Source: Candidatus Babeliales bacterium (GTDB taxonomy: Bacteria; Babelota; Babeliae; Babelales; JANWKD01). From it: a DNA stretch of 64,000 bases. Positions 29,770-38,603 of this stretch are shown in pieces; within the stretch, counting starts at the first letter, position 1, and each line of letters starts with the position of its first letter. The stretch is from NCBI GenBank assembly GCA_963762115.1, contig CAVXJH010000003.1, positions 64,001 to 128,000 on the forward strand. Reading direction: 5' to 3'. The notes under the pieces were generated by a model, which was given only the letters and a program-made list of their open reading frames with translations, had not been told where the DNA came from and searched no databases. Both the position numbers and the translations under genes were made by a program.

Positions 29770-29858
29770 TTGATTATTTTTCATTAAACATTTGTGGAAT
29801 GTTATAAGGCTTCCAAGGTTCTGTTGTATTACAATAGTCTTTGGTGGCCTTTTTTATT
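29770..29858. repeat. ~88-bp repeat copy 3 (coding 3' end of 29774-31060)
   Basis: As copies 1 and 2. Confidence 0.92.
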
Positions 29859-31060
29859 GATTTTATATGCGTAAATTCTTGTGGATAATATTCTTTAAAG
29901 AGCTTGAATACTTTAAAACAAAAATGTAATGCATGATGTCGAATTTGCATAAATTTTTTGAGATGTTCGGTATATGTTGATGGTAAACCGGTATTCATTG
30001 CAAGTAAGTTGTTAAGGGTGTTTTTTTCAGGATTATTTTTATAATATTCTCCCACTGCTGAAAAAATCATTTCGTTTATTATTTCTTGCTCTTGGTCTTT
30101 TTGATTTTCAGGCATCATTGATCCATAAAAGTGGTCTAATACCATTGCTCCATATTCTAAACAAAGGTATTCAAAATTTGAATTAAGGTAATGCATTATG
30201 GTAAAAAGATAGTTATTGAGAGTAATTTTATTTTTTTCTTGATAGCTTTTATCTTCAAGTTCTATAAATCCTTTATCATTGGGTATAAAGTGTAACTTTT
30301 TTAAAATTTTTAATTGTTGGATGCCTTGATTGAATATGTGTTGGGAAATAAAGTAATAGTTAAAAGTCTCATCATCTAATGCAGAAAATTTATTGTTATT
30401 TTTGTGCCATTGGCATGCTTCAGTTGTATATTCCATAATTTTTTTAGAGTGAAATGCCATGTCAATGAGGATTGGATATTTAATGACCATAGTTTCTATT
30501 GTTCTTTCCACTATTTTTTTGCGTGGTTGGCATCCATGTTTTAATAAAAATAAACAGGTATTTTCATAATGATGTGACAAGGCTGTTCCAAAAATATCCG
30601 CATCTGCTGACATTTCATTATCTATGCAACAACGAAATATTTTTAAAATCTCTTTATCTTGTTGGTTTGTGCATAACCTTAATAGTGTAGTAATTTTTTT
30701 TTGTTTTTTTTCTTGATCATTAGAATTTTGACGGGCAAGTGTAAGGCCTAGTGAGGGATACAATGATTGTGTTGATGAAGATTGTTGTAATAAGGTTGAA
30801 AAATATTCCGCATTTTTCCTTTTTGTTGCATGTGTTAAAAGAGGTTCAACCAGTTCATCAGGAATTTTTTTTGTTATAACAGCATGATTGAGTTGTGTGC
30901 CGGCCTGAGATGCTTCTTGTGTGAAAAAACTCGCACGACAATGTTTTTTTAAACTTAATGGCCTAGATAAGACTATTCTTTGAGTTGTATTTTCCATGCA
31001 CATGCAAGAAATTGTTCTTAAGAGTGTAATGAATAGTAATGTGTGTGTAGTGAGTTTCAT
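29774..31060 (-). CDS. Secreted hypothetical protein with degenerate ankyrin-like helices
   Basis: Signal ..SCMC|ME; LSLKKHCR; CLFLLKHG. Confidence 0.7.
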   Translation of the reverse strand: MKLTTHTLLFITLLRTISCMCMENTTQRIVLSRPLSLKKHCRASFFTQEASQAGTQLNHAVITKKIPDELVEPLLTHATKRKNAEYFSTLLQQSSSTQSLYPSLGLTLARQNSNDQEKKQKKITTLLRLCTNQQDKEILKIFRCCIDNEMSADADIFGTALSHHYENTCLFLLKHGCQPRKKIVERTIETMVIKYPILIDMAFHSKKIMEYTTEACQWHKNNNKFSALDDETFNYYFISQHIFNQGIQQLKILKKLHFIPNDKGFIELEDKSYQEKNKITLNNYLFTIMHYLNSNFEYLCLEYGAMVLDHFYGSMMPENQKDQEQEIINEMIFSAVGEYYKNNPEKNTLNNLLAMNTGLPSTYTEHLKKFMQIRHHALHFCFKVFKLFKEYYPQEFTHIKSIKKATKDYCNTTEPWKPYNIPQMFNEK

Positions 31061-31288
31061 AATGTATCCTGATTTGTTTAACTAGACTGTGCTGTGCATA
31101 GTTGATTGTATAAATGTAATGATAGCATGCTTGTTCAAAAAATAAATTTTTTCAATTAAGTGTGTTGATCGTTATTGTTAAAAGATTTACAATTGATTTG
31201 TTAAAGTAACCATTCATTTACTTTTATCAAAAAGCCGTTAGCATGAGAGCAATTTATTATCACCATTTAATGACGCAGGAGCTCTTTA

Positions 31289-32968
31289 ATTCAGCACAAA
31301 TCTTTTCTAACGTTAAGTATATTCTTAGGTTTTTTTGTTTTTGATGTATCTCTTCAAGCAATGAATCGTGAAGGTCAGCAATATCCTGTGACTTTTCCCA
31401 GACCAAATAATAATGGATCTGATAGAAGTCCTACGGCTCAATCATCTGAAAATGATATGCCTGTTAATAAAGAACAATTTTCAAGATTTGTACAAGCTGC
31501 GGTGATTGAAACATTAACTAAGTTGCATGGTGGTACGCCAATAGAAGAAAAATCATCAACTGAAGAAAAATCTCCGGGGGAAGGATTTTTTAGACCAATT
31601 TTTGATGGCGAGGACTCATCAAATTATGAAAAACTAGATTCAAATTTTGTAAGATCGCTTGTTGACCATGCTCCTGAAAAATTAAAATTCATTATTAAAT
31701 TGTATGCAAATCCTAGATCTTATGGACTTGTATCACAAAATAGTTGTTTCAAAAATAAATTTTTATTATATGGCCCTCCTGGTGTGGGTAAAAGTTCTTT
31801 AGCAAAAGCTTTTGCTGATTATTGTGATATTCCTCGTCAATTTATTGTGGCAGCATCATTACTTAATCAATATCAGCACTCAGGACAACAAAATCTTCGG
31901 CAGCTTTTTGATCCTCTTCTTGCAAAAAGAAGTAAAGATCCTAATGTTATTATTTTTGATGAATTTACTTCTGTGATAAATACAGATGAAAAAACTGGAA
32001 AAAATAATGAAGAGAAAATGTTATCAGTATTGTTGAATATTTTAGATAGTCTTGAAACGCATAAAAATATAATTTTTATTGCAACAACAAATGATATTAA
32101 AGTATTACCCCCACAAATTAAAGATCGTTTTTCAGGGTCGATATTTAAAATTCCTAATTTTGATTTTAAGCGTCGTGAGCAATTTTATCATTATATAAAA
32201 AACAAGAGAGCAAAAAATAATTTTGAGAAGGAAAGAACAGAATTAACAGAAGAATTTAATGAGGAAATAGAATTTGATGTTGTCTTGGATGATAAAGAAA
32301 TAAAAGATTTATCAAAAAAATCATCCAATTTTGAGGGACGCGATCTTAATGAAGTGCAAGATGCTGCAAGTATGTTAGCACTAAGAAAATATGTCGATGA
32401 AGATTTTAATATTATTCAATTATGTATTCCTGTAACAAAAGAGTGTTTTATTGCAGCAATACAAGAAATTCAAGTAATTAAACGCGAAACAGCTTCGGGT
32501 TTTTGGAAGCGTCATAAAGAAACATTTAGAGAATTTTATCCACTTTTTTTATCAACATTTCAAGTTGTTGCTGGGTTAGGGTTGCAATGGTTTTCAATGA
32601 ATCAGCAATATAAGCTTGCGCAAACTAATCACAATGATCAATTGGCACTTATGAGTACTTTTCAAGCTTCACAAATGAAATTTTATGAAAGCACTCATGA
32701 TCAGCAGGTAGATTTTCAAGATAGAGTTCAAAAAGAACAAGCAGTATTTCAAAATAAGGTACATATAGAGCAAATGGCACAGCAAAAAGTGTTGCAAGAA
32801 AAAGCTAATGAGCAACAACTAGCATTCCAAAAACGGGTGCATAAGGATCAACTTGAACTTAGTAGAGAACTAAGTCATCAACAATTAATGATGCAACTTC
32901 ATATGTCAACCTGGGGATTGATTTTGCAAGGCACCCTTGGGCTTTGTGGTTTAATACTTCCGAAATAG
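31289..32968 (+). CDS. AAA+ ATPase (FtsH/Cdc48-like module) with probable signal peptide, C-terminal TM and Q-rich coiled coil; track start 31361, proposed ATT start 31289
   Basis: GPPGVGKS, IIFDE, IATTN, IKDRF; in-frame hydrophobic leader after AGGAG. Confidence 0.85.
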   Translation: MQHKSFLTLSIFLGFFVFDVSLQAMNREGQQYPVTFPRPNNNGSDRSPTAQSSENDMPVNKEQFSRFVQAAVIETLTKLHGGTPIEEKSSTEEKSPGEGFFRPIFDGEDSSNYEKLDSNFVRSLVDHAPEKLKFIIKLYANPRSYGLVSQNSCFKNKFLLYGPPGVGKSSLAKAFADYCDIPRQFIVAASLLNQYQHSGQQNLRQLFDPLLAKRSKDPNVIIFDEFTSVINTDEKTGKNNEEKMLSVLLNILDSLETHKNIIFIATTNDIKVLPPQIKDRFSGSIFKIPNFDFKRREQFYHYIKNKRAKNNFEKERTELTEEFNEEIEFDVVLDDKEIKDLSKKSSNFEGRDLNEVQDAASMLALRKYVDEDFNIIQLCIPVTKECFIAAIQEIQVIKRETASGFWKRHKETFREFYPLFLSTFQVVAGLGLQWFSMNQQYKLAQTNHNDQLALMSTFQASQMKFYESTHDQQVDFQDRVQKEQAVFQNKVHIEQMAQQKVLQEKANEQQLAFQKRVHKDQLELSRELSHQQLMMQLHMSTWGLILQGTLGLCGLILPK

Positions 32969-32974
32969 GTAAAG

Positions 32975-33673
32975 ATGTACGTGTTTAAAATAATTTTTTT
33001 AGTAATTTCATATCAGGTCATTTTCCATGCAAATGCTATGGAAGATAATCATAATCGGCAAACGATTATTAATGTCAATTCACATTCAGTGTCGAATCAA
33101 TGGCCCATAGATCAATGTAATGAAAGTTCGAGATTTGCAAGAGCTGAATCATTGAAAAATAATGCGCCACATTTATCCCAACGACAATTGCAAATTTTAG
33201 TAGATAGACATTATGCATTGCACATTGAAAATAATCGGATAAATAAAGAAGTTGTCTCTAATCTTTCGACGTTAAGTATACACTTTAATAATGAGCCTTT
33301 GCAGCAACTTTTATCGCTTAGTAAGTTTAGTGAGCCTTCTCTTGGTCAGCAACAGGCCAAAACAATTGATAATCTTATCGGTATTTTATATACCCCTCAA
33401 GGATGCCCAAATTTACAGTTAAATGCTTATGAAAAAGTGCAAGTTGCCAGGATAATAACTAATGAATTGAAAGTGCATAAACCATGCGGATATTTAGCTA
33501 TTATTAAAGATTTAGCTTTAAGAAATGCAGAGTTTCAGGAAATTGTAGCACAAGAAACAAAGCTTTTCCCTTGGGCTAAATATAAAACTACCGAGTGGTG
33601 TGGGCTTGTTAAAGGTCTTTTCTGCGCAATGCACGGTAACATAAATATAGAAGAATTAAAAAAAATATTTTAG
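32975..33673 (+). CDS. N-terminal part of a frameshift-split toxin-like protein
   Basis: Signal ..ANA|ME; ends just after an A8 run where a -1 shift enters the frame of 33703-35424. Confidence 0.7.
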   Translation: MYVFKIIFLVISYQVIFHANAMEDNHNRQTIINVNSHSVSNQWPIDQCNESSRFARAESLKNNAPHLSQRQLQILVDRHYALHIENNRINKEVVSNLSTLSIHFNNEPLQQLLSLSKFSEPSLGQQQAKTIDNLIGILYTPQGCPNLQLNAYEKVQVARIITNELKVHKPCGYLAIIKDLALRNAEFQEIVAQETKLFPWAKYKTTEWCGLVKGLFCAMHGNINIEELKKIF

Positions 33674-33702
33674 CAAATGGCTTTAATCATGATCTGATAA
33701 TA

Positions 33703-35424
33703 ATGAGAGAAGCCTTTTTGAAAGGTGATTTTTTAGAGGCAAAAAACATAACTGATGCATATAACAAACCTACAGAATTGTATGTCGGTCTTTATGCAGC
33801 TCTACGGGGTGTGTATGATGCTCGTATTGAGGAATATGCTAAAGTAGTTGAACCAGATAATTTTGCTTTAACGCAATCATACCTTCAGGGTTTCGTCATT
33901 GAGCGTAGAGTAGTTCCCTTGGCTGCTAATTTGATGAATGAAATAAAAAATAATATCAGTGCAGGGGCGCCAAAAGAGCAGACTCAAAAGTTGCAAGAGC
34001 AATTAGTGCAATTGGATGCTTATGCACGACAAGTGCGCAGTAACTATTCTTTTGATGCTCAAATGAAATTGGCTGATTGTGTATATCAATTGGAAAATGA
34101 GCTTGGCGTTAATTGGCGACCAGAATTGCGCAGATCACCTTCAATGGAAAAACTATTTGTTCCGCAAACAGATTTTCTTGTTACAAGCAAGGAAGTTGGT
34201 ACTATTTCATTGGCAGAATTAAAAAAGTTTTCTGGGACGACGGTTGAACAAAATATTTTGCATGAAAAAATGGTTGATCATTTTGTTAAAATCGATTCTT
34301 TAAGTGGGCAACTCAGTGATAGTAGTGTAGTACAGGCTGTTGAAACCTATAAAACTCTTATTGCTCGTGCGCATGAATTAAATAAAGATAGTCGCGTCAC
34401 TTTAGCAGAAGGTGTGTTTACTATAGGCAAGGATATGGTTGAAATTGCCGTGTTTGATCCCCCTCTAAAGGAAATTGAGGATTGCCTTATTAAAACAGCC
34501 ATGAATCCTGCTGATTATGTTATAAAAACAATTGAAGGTTATAAATGTGTCGCAAGTGTCATTCTTGATGTTTGTAAGAATTCTTTAGCTGGAATCGCAT
34601 CCACACCTGAACAACAAGTTGAATTTGCAGAACATTATAATCAACTAATTCATAATTTTTTTGAAGGTTGGCAAAAACTGGAAATAGCTCAAAAAAAAGA
34701 GTTTTTAGCACAAATTATTGTTGATACAGCACTTAATAAAGTGGTTTTCTCATTACCGAAGCTTATGTTAAAAATGGGTGGTTCGAGTACCATAAGTGAT
34801 ATTGTGCAAAAAGGTGAATCTTTTCTTAATAGAATTGATCCCGGATCTTCTGGTGGTGCAGTTGCTCGTGCTGTTCCAATAGCCGCAGCTGAAAATGTTG
34901 TTGAGGCCCTAGAATTTGCGGCAGGTGTTGTAGGGTCAACGGCAGTTGCTATAACTTCTGCTGGAGCGCAAAATGTTGTTGCTTTATCAGAAATGATGAA
35001 TGGAGGTGATCAAGCAAATAAATATAAATTACCTTCATCATTGGGAAAAATAATAGAAAAAACCCCGCTCGATGCTCCAATTCAAAATGATAAAGATATT
35101 ATTTATACTGTAGAACCCGTAATTCAAAATACTATCAAAAAATTTGACGTAACCCGTAAGATTTACAAACACGCATTTGATCCAGATCATGAAATATCAA
35201 AATTCGGTTTATCAGATTTTGAGGCTTTCAATATTTTTGTCGAAAAAATTTTAAGGGCAGATATTGCTAATTATTTACAAGAACCAGGAAATCAAATAGA
35301 AACATTTATCAATGGGTTTGAAGGGACGGTAAGAATTCATATAAATAAAGGAATTGTAACAAGTTTTAATTGTTTTTTCGGTTATTCAGATAGAGTAATT
35401 GGAAAATTAATAAAGATGGATTAA
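33703..35424 (+). CDS. C-terminal part of a candidate polymorphic toxin (helical stalk, Ala/Gly linker, alpha+beta tip with KH..D.H)
   Basis: Domain architecture and tight coupling to immunity-like genes; toxin family not verified. Confidence 0.65.
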   Translation: MREAFLKGDFLEAKNITDAYNKPTELYVGLYAALRGVYDARIEEYAKVVEPDNFALTQSYLQGFVIERRVVPLAANLMNEIKNNISAGAPKEQTQKLQEQLVQLDAYARQVRSNYSFDAQMKLADCVYQLENELGVNWRPELRRSPSMEKLFVPQTDFLVTSKEVGTISLAELKKFSGTTVEQNILHEKMVDHFVKIDSLSGQLSDSSVVQAVETYKTLIARAHELNKDSRVTLAEGVFTIGKDMVEIAVFDPPLKEIEDCLIKTAMNPADYVIKTIEGYKCVASVILDVCKNSLAGIASTPEQQVEFAEHYNQLIHNFFEGWQKLEIAQKKEFLAQIIVDTALNKVVFSLPKLMLKMGGSSTISDIVQKGESFLNRIDPGSSGGAVARAVPIAAAENVVEALEFAAGVVGSTAVAITSAGAQNVVALSEMMNGGDQANKYKLPSSLGKIIEKTPLDAPIQNDKDIIYTVEPVIQNTIKKFDVTRKIYKHAFDPDHEISKFGLSDFEAFNIFVEKILRADIANYLQEPGNQIETFINGFEGTVRIHINKGIVTSFNCFFGYSDRVIGKLIKMD

Positions 35425-35429
35425 AAAAA

Positions 35430-36146
35430 ATGAATAAAAATGAATTACATACATTAATTGAAATGTATAGTCATGAAAGGTCCAAAAAAAACACCGAAGC
35501 TTTAGAAGTTTTTTTGGAAGATTGTTTAAAAAATAACCCTTTTGATACTTACTTATGGGTTAAACTAGCTTTAACCGTATATCATCGTCCTTTGTTTGAT
35601 GACTTAAAAGCAATAGCATGCCTTGAAAAAATTCTTGAGTATGATCCCCATAATGTAAAAATAACACTTGTATTAATATACATGGTGAGCAATTGTAAAT
35701 TTTTTGATGATGAGTTATTTGAAAGATTATGCAAACTACAAACTCAAGATAAAGCATTACTCTCATTAATTGAATATACAAAATCATGGTATTATCTGGA
35801 TGAAAAAAATGATGAAATGTATGAGCAATGTTTAATCAATTCAATTAACTTATGCAGTGAATATCTGTGGAGTTATGTTGATTTGGGACAATTTTACCTT
35901 CAAAAAGGTAATTTAATAAAAGGTCATGAATTAATGAAAGAAGGGTTAAAAAAATTAGAATATGTTTTTGAAGAAAAACCTGCAAAAGATATTTTAAACC
36001 TTGAAGAGTTTTTGAATGAACGTTTTAAAGGGATTCATCTAGGTAAATCAAATTATAATATTATTTTGGAATCATTTGATCCAAAATCTCCCTGGATTAC
36101 CTGTGATTTTTTAACAAAGATCAGTAGAGATACAACAGAAAATTAA
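35430..36146 (+). CDS. TPR protein, candidate cognate immunity protein
   Basis: KAIACLEKILEYDPHN and YVDLGQFYLQKGN TPR motifs; 5 nt after the toxin stop; no signal peptide. Confidence 0.75.
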   Translation: MNKNELHTLIEMYSHERSKKNTEALEVFLEDCLKNNPFDTYLWVKLALTVYHRPLFDDLKAIACLEKILEYDPHNVKITLVLIYMVSNCKFFDDELFERLCKLQTQDKALLSLIEYTKSWYYLDEKNDEMYEQCLINSINLCSEYLWSYVDLGQFYLQKGNLIKGHELMKEGLKKLEYVFEEKPAKDILNLEEFLNERFKGIHLGKSNYNIILESFDPKSPWITCDFLTKISRDTTEN

Positions 36147-36151
36147 TAATA

Positions 36152-36682
36152 ATGATCAAATTAATAGATTTCAAGAAGAATGCTATTTCAATATCCTGGA
36201 AAACTATATTAGTTGGAAGAACATTAAAATTAGTGGATACCTCTTTTATTGAGGATTTTGCAACTCAATATTTACTAGATCATTATAAATTAGAGAATAA
36301 AGATATTATTGAATTGGCTTATGGTGTAAACGACACTTTTGAAATTGATGAAATGGTCAAAAAAATATTGAGCGAATTAAACCAAAATATAGATGAAAAT
36401 TCAGAAGAATGGAATATCGAAACAAGAAAATGGCGTTTTTTAGTATTACAAGAATTACTAAGTAAAGGTTATGATAATAGAAAAATTTTAGATGAAATTG
36501 AAAGCATATATTGTGATTTTGATCACCCTGAAGAAATGAATGCTTTTTTGATTTATATGCCTCATGTTTATGATGATGGATATAATATTAAAGATCATTC
36601 AGCTGAAGAAAATATAGCGCACATAGTGAAGCGGTTTAAAGATTTTCTTTTGAATGAACATAAAGAGCTATTAAAAAAATAG
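36152..36682 (+). CDS. DUF2247-like protein, candidate immunity protein
   Basis: W..I..G, KW...L..L, IE.IY.DFD.PEEM..F..YMP, H..EEN pattern. Confidence 0.75.
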   Translation: MIKLIDFKKNAISISWKTILVGRTLKLVDTSFIEDFATQYLLDHYKLENKDIIELAYGVNDTFEIDEMVKKILSELNQNIDENSEEWNIETRKWRFLVLQELLSKGYDNRKILDEIESIYCDFDHPEEMNAFLIYMPHVYDDGYNIKDHSAEENIAHIVKRFKDFLLNEHKELLKK

Positions 36683-36711
36683 TTAAAAAAAATTATTAAG
36701 CGAAACAAAAT

Positions 36712-37290
36712 ATGAAAAAAATTTTTATACTAATCCTTTTTTTAATGGTAACTCAATCAAATTATGCTTTTATATTAGATGGATTATTAAAAATCGAAGA
36801 TTCAGTTGATGCAATAAAAATTGCTGCAGTTGATCTAGAACACTATGCAGATCAGATAACAACTTTTCGAAGAACCATATATACCGGCAGAAGCTTTGTT
36901 ACTATTGATGATTATTGGTGTGAATCCTTAGCTGCAAAAAGAAGTATTAATGAATATAACAACCAAGAACAGGCTCTTCAACTAAAAATTCTATTGAGTC
37001 TTTTATTTGATACCTTTGTTTTGGCAAATATTGCTGGATATTGTCATGCAAAATTTAATATGAAAATGCCTACGGTGATTTGTGGTATTATGGCAGCTGC
37101 TTTGGGTATAGTTGCTCATCAAAACAATAAAATGAAGAATGTGCCTTATTTTGATTTTTATTTAAAGCGGCATGAAGATAGATTCGATAATTTTAATTTT
37201 TTTAGTGCATTTAGATTTGCTTTTATTACTATAGAAGCAGGACTTATGGCATATTTGACACGAGCTTTTTATGAAATTCCATTCAACTAA
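36712..37290 (+). CDS. Hypothetical membrane protein with signal peptide (~3 TM)
   Basis: MKKIFILILFLMVTQSNYA|; three hydrophobic segments. Confidence 0.7.
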   Translation: MKKIFILILFLMVTQSNYAFILDGLLKIEDSVDAIKIAAVDLEHYADQITTFRRTIYTGRSFVTIDDYWCESLAAKRSINEYNNQEQALQLKILLSLLFDTFVLANIAGYCHAKFNMKMPTVICGIMAAALGIVAHQNNKMKNVPYFDFYLKRHEDRFDNFNFFSAFRFAFITIEAGLMAYLTRAFYEIPFN

Positions 37291-37301
37291 TAGGATATGC
37301 A

Positions 37302-38543
37302 ATGCAACGGAATTATTTAATACGATTTTTTTTAATTGTTATTGTTTTTATTAATAATAAGACAATACTAGGTCAAGTAAATTCTAAAAACGATAATAAA
37401 AATAGTTCTTATCAAGAGTCTTCTTCTGAAGCACCTAAAAATACTTCTGATGAAATTGATCGTTTGTTAGGAGCAAGAGAGGAAGAGTTTAGGAAAAAGA
37501 ATACAGAAATATGCCTTTCAAAAAAAGATATCATTCTTGATTCAGATCTTGTTATAGAATTGTTTTTGCAATGTCCGGAAAGATTGCGTTATATCATTGA
37601 AACATTAGTTATGAGAAATCGATTTGATAATGATTTATATCAAGGATTCATTCCACAACATATCGTTCTTGTTGGCCCTCCGGGCGTCGGGAAAAGTACT
37701 ATTGCGCATGCTATTGCCCAAGCTGCGGGAATTCCATATACCTTTATCAGAGCTATGACACTTGCTAATGAATACATAAATTCAGGGCCGAGCAATTTGC
37801 TCAGAATTTTTGATCCAATATTGGCAATGGATGAACCATATATTGTTATTATCGATGAATTGCAGACACTCATTAAAAAAAGAAATAACAATGAATTTGA
37901 TATGGCGGCTGCCGAAGTATTATGGATGTTGCTTGATGAATGCAAAGCAAAAAATAATATTTTAATTATTGCAACAGCAAATCATATTTCTGATTTGCCT
38001 GAACAGTTAAAAAGTCGTTTTGCAAAAAGTGTATATGAAATTAAATTGCCAGGTTTGATAGCACGTGAAAAAATTATTAGTCACTATATAACAAAAAGCA
38101 AGGTTAGTTGTTATGATATTTCTTCAATTATTAAAAATTTGGCACGAAAAACAGTTGGTTTCTCTCCTCGTAATTTAGAGGATTGCATAACGATTGCCCT
38201 TTCAAGAGCTTTTTTTACGGCAAGAAATGAAGGTTGTCTTGCTATGACTCTTACTAAAGATGATTTAGATGTAGGATTTGCTCATATTAAAAATCAAAAA
38301 AATAATTCTTATTTTGTGCCGCAATGGTGTAAAGATTTTGTTAAATATGTTGGTCCGGCAACAGTTATTTCACTTGGTCTTAATGTTGCACAAATGGCTT
38401 TATATTTTTTTTTACAATACTGCGATCGTAAAGTTCATCTTGCCATGACACAAGCTCATCATGATGATTTTGTACATATTAATACAATGCATAATCAGGC
38501 CATATTACAGCAAAATGAACGATTTCATCGTGCAAAGATATAG
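37302..38543 (+). CDS. Second AAA+ ATPase, paralog of 31289-32968, with signal peptide and C-terminal TM
   Basis: GPPGVGKS, IIIDE, IATAN, LKSRF, GFSPRNL; Q/H-rich tail. Confidence 0.88.
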   Translation: MQRNYLIRFFLIVIVFINNKTILGQVNSKNDNKNSSYQESSSEAPKNTSDEIDRLLGAREEEFRKKNTEICLSKKDIILDSDLVIELFLQCPERLRYIIETLVMRNRFDNDLYQGFIPQHIVLVGPPGVGKSTIAHAIAQAAGIPYTFIRAMTLANEYINSGPSNLLRIFDPILAMDEPYIVIIDELQTLIKKRNNNEFDMAAAEVLWMLLDECKAKNNILIIATANHISDLPEQLKSRFAKSVYEIKLPGLIAREKIISHYITKSKVSCYDISSIIKNLARKTVGFSPRNLEDCITIALSRAFFTARNEGCLAMTLTKDDLDVGFAHIKNQKNNSYFVPQWCKDFVKYVGPATVISLGLNVAQMALYFFLQYCDRKVHLAMTQAHHDDFVHINTMHNQAILQQNERFHRAKI

Positions 38544-38563
38544 CTAAAGCTCATACATTATAA

Positions 38564-38603
38564 TAAACAAAAAGAGAAGCAATCGTGCTTCTCTTTTTGT
38601 TTA
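38564..38603. terminator. Bidirectional intrinsic terminator
   Basis: taaacaaaaagagaagca / tgcttctctttttgttta 18-bp inverted repeat between convergent genes. Confidence 0.85.

Noticed and set aside
25917..29858. The three ~88-bp repeats as a CRISPR array or canonical integron attC sites
   Set aside because: Repeats are too long and spacers are whole genes; no cas genes; no clear RYYYAAC...GTTRRRY ends and no tyrosine integrase in the window.
31361..38543. The AAA ATPases as FtsH or the proteasome ATPase
   Set aside because: No HExxH protease domain or OB/HbYX features; the TM helix is C-terminal to the AAA module.
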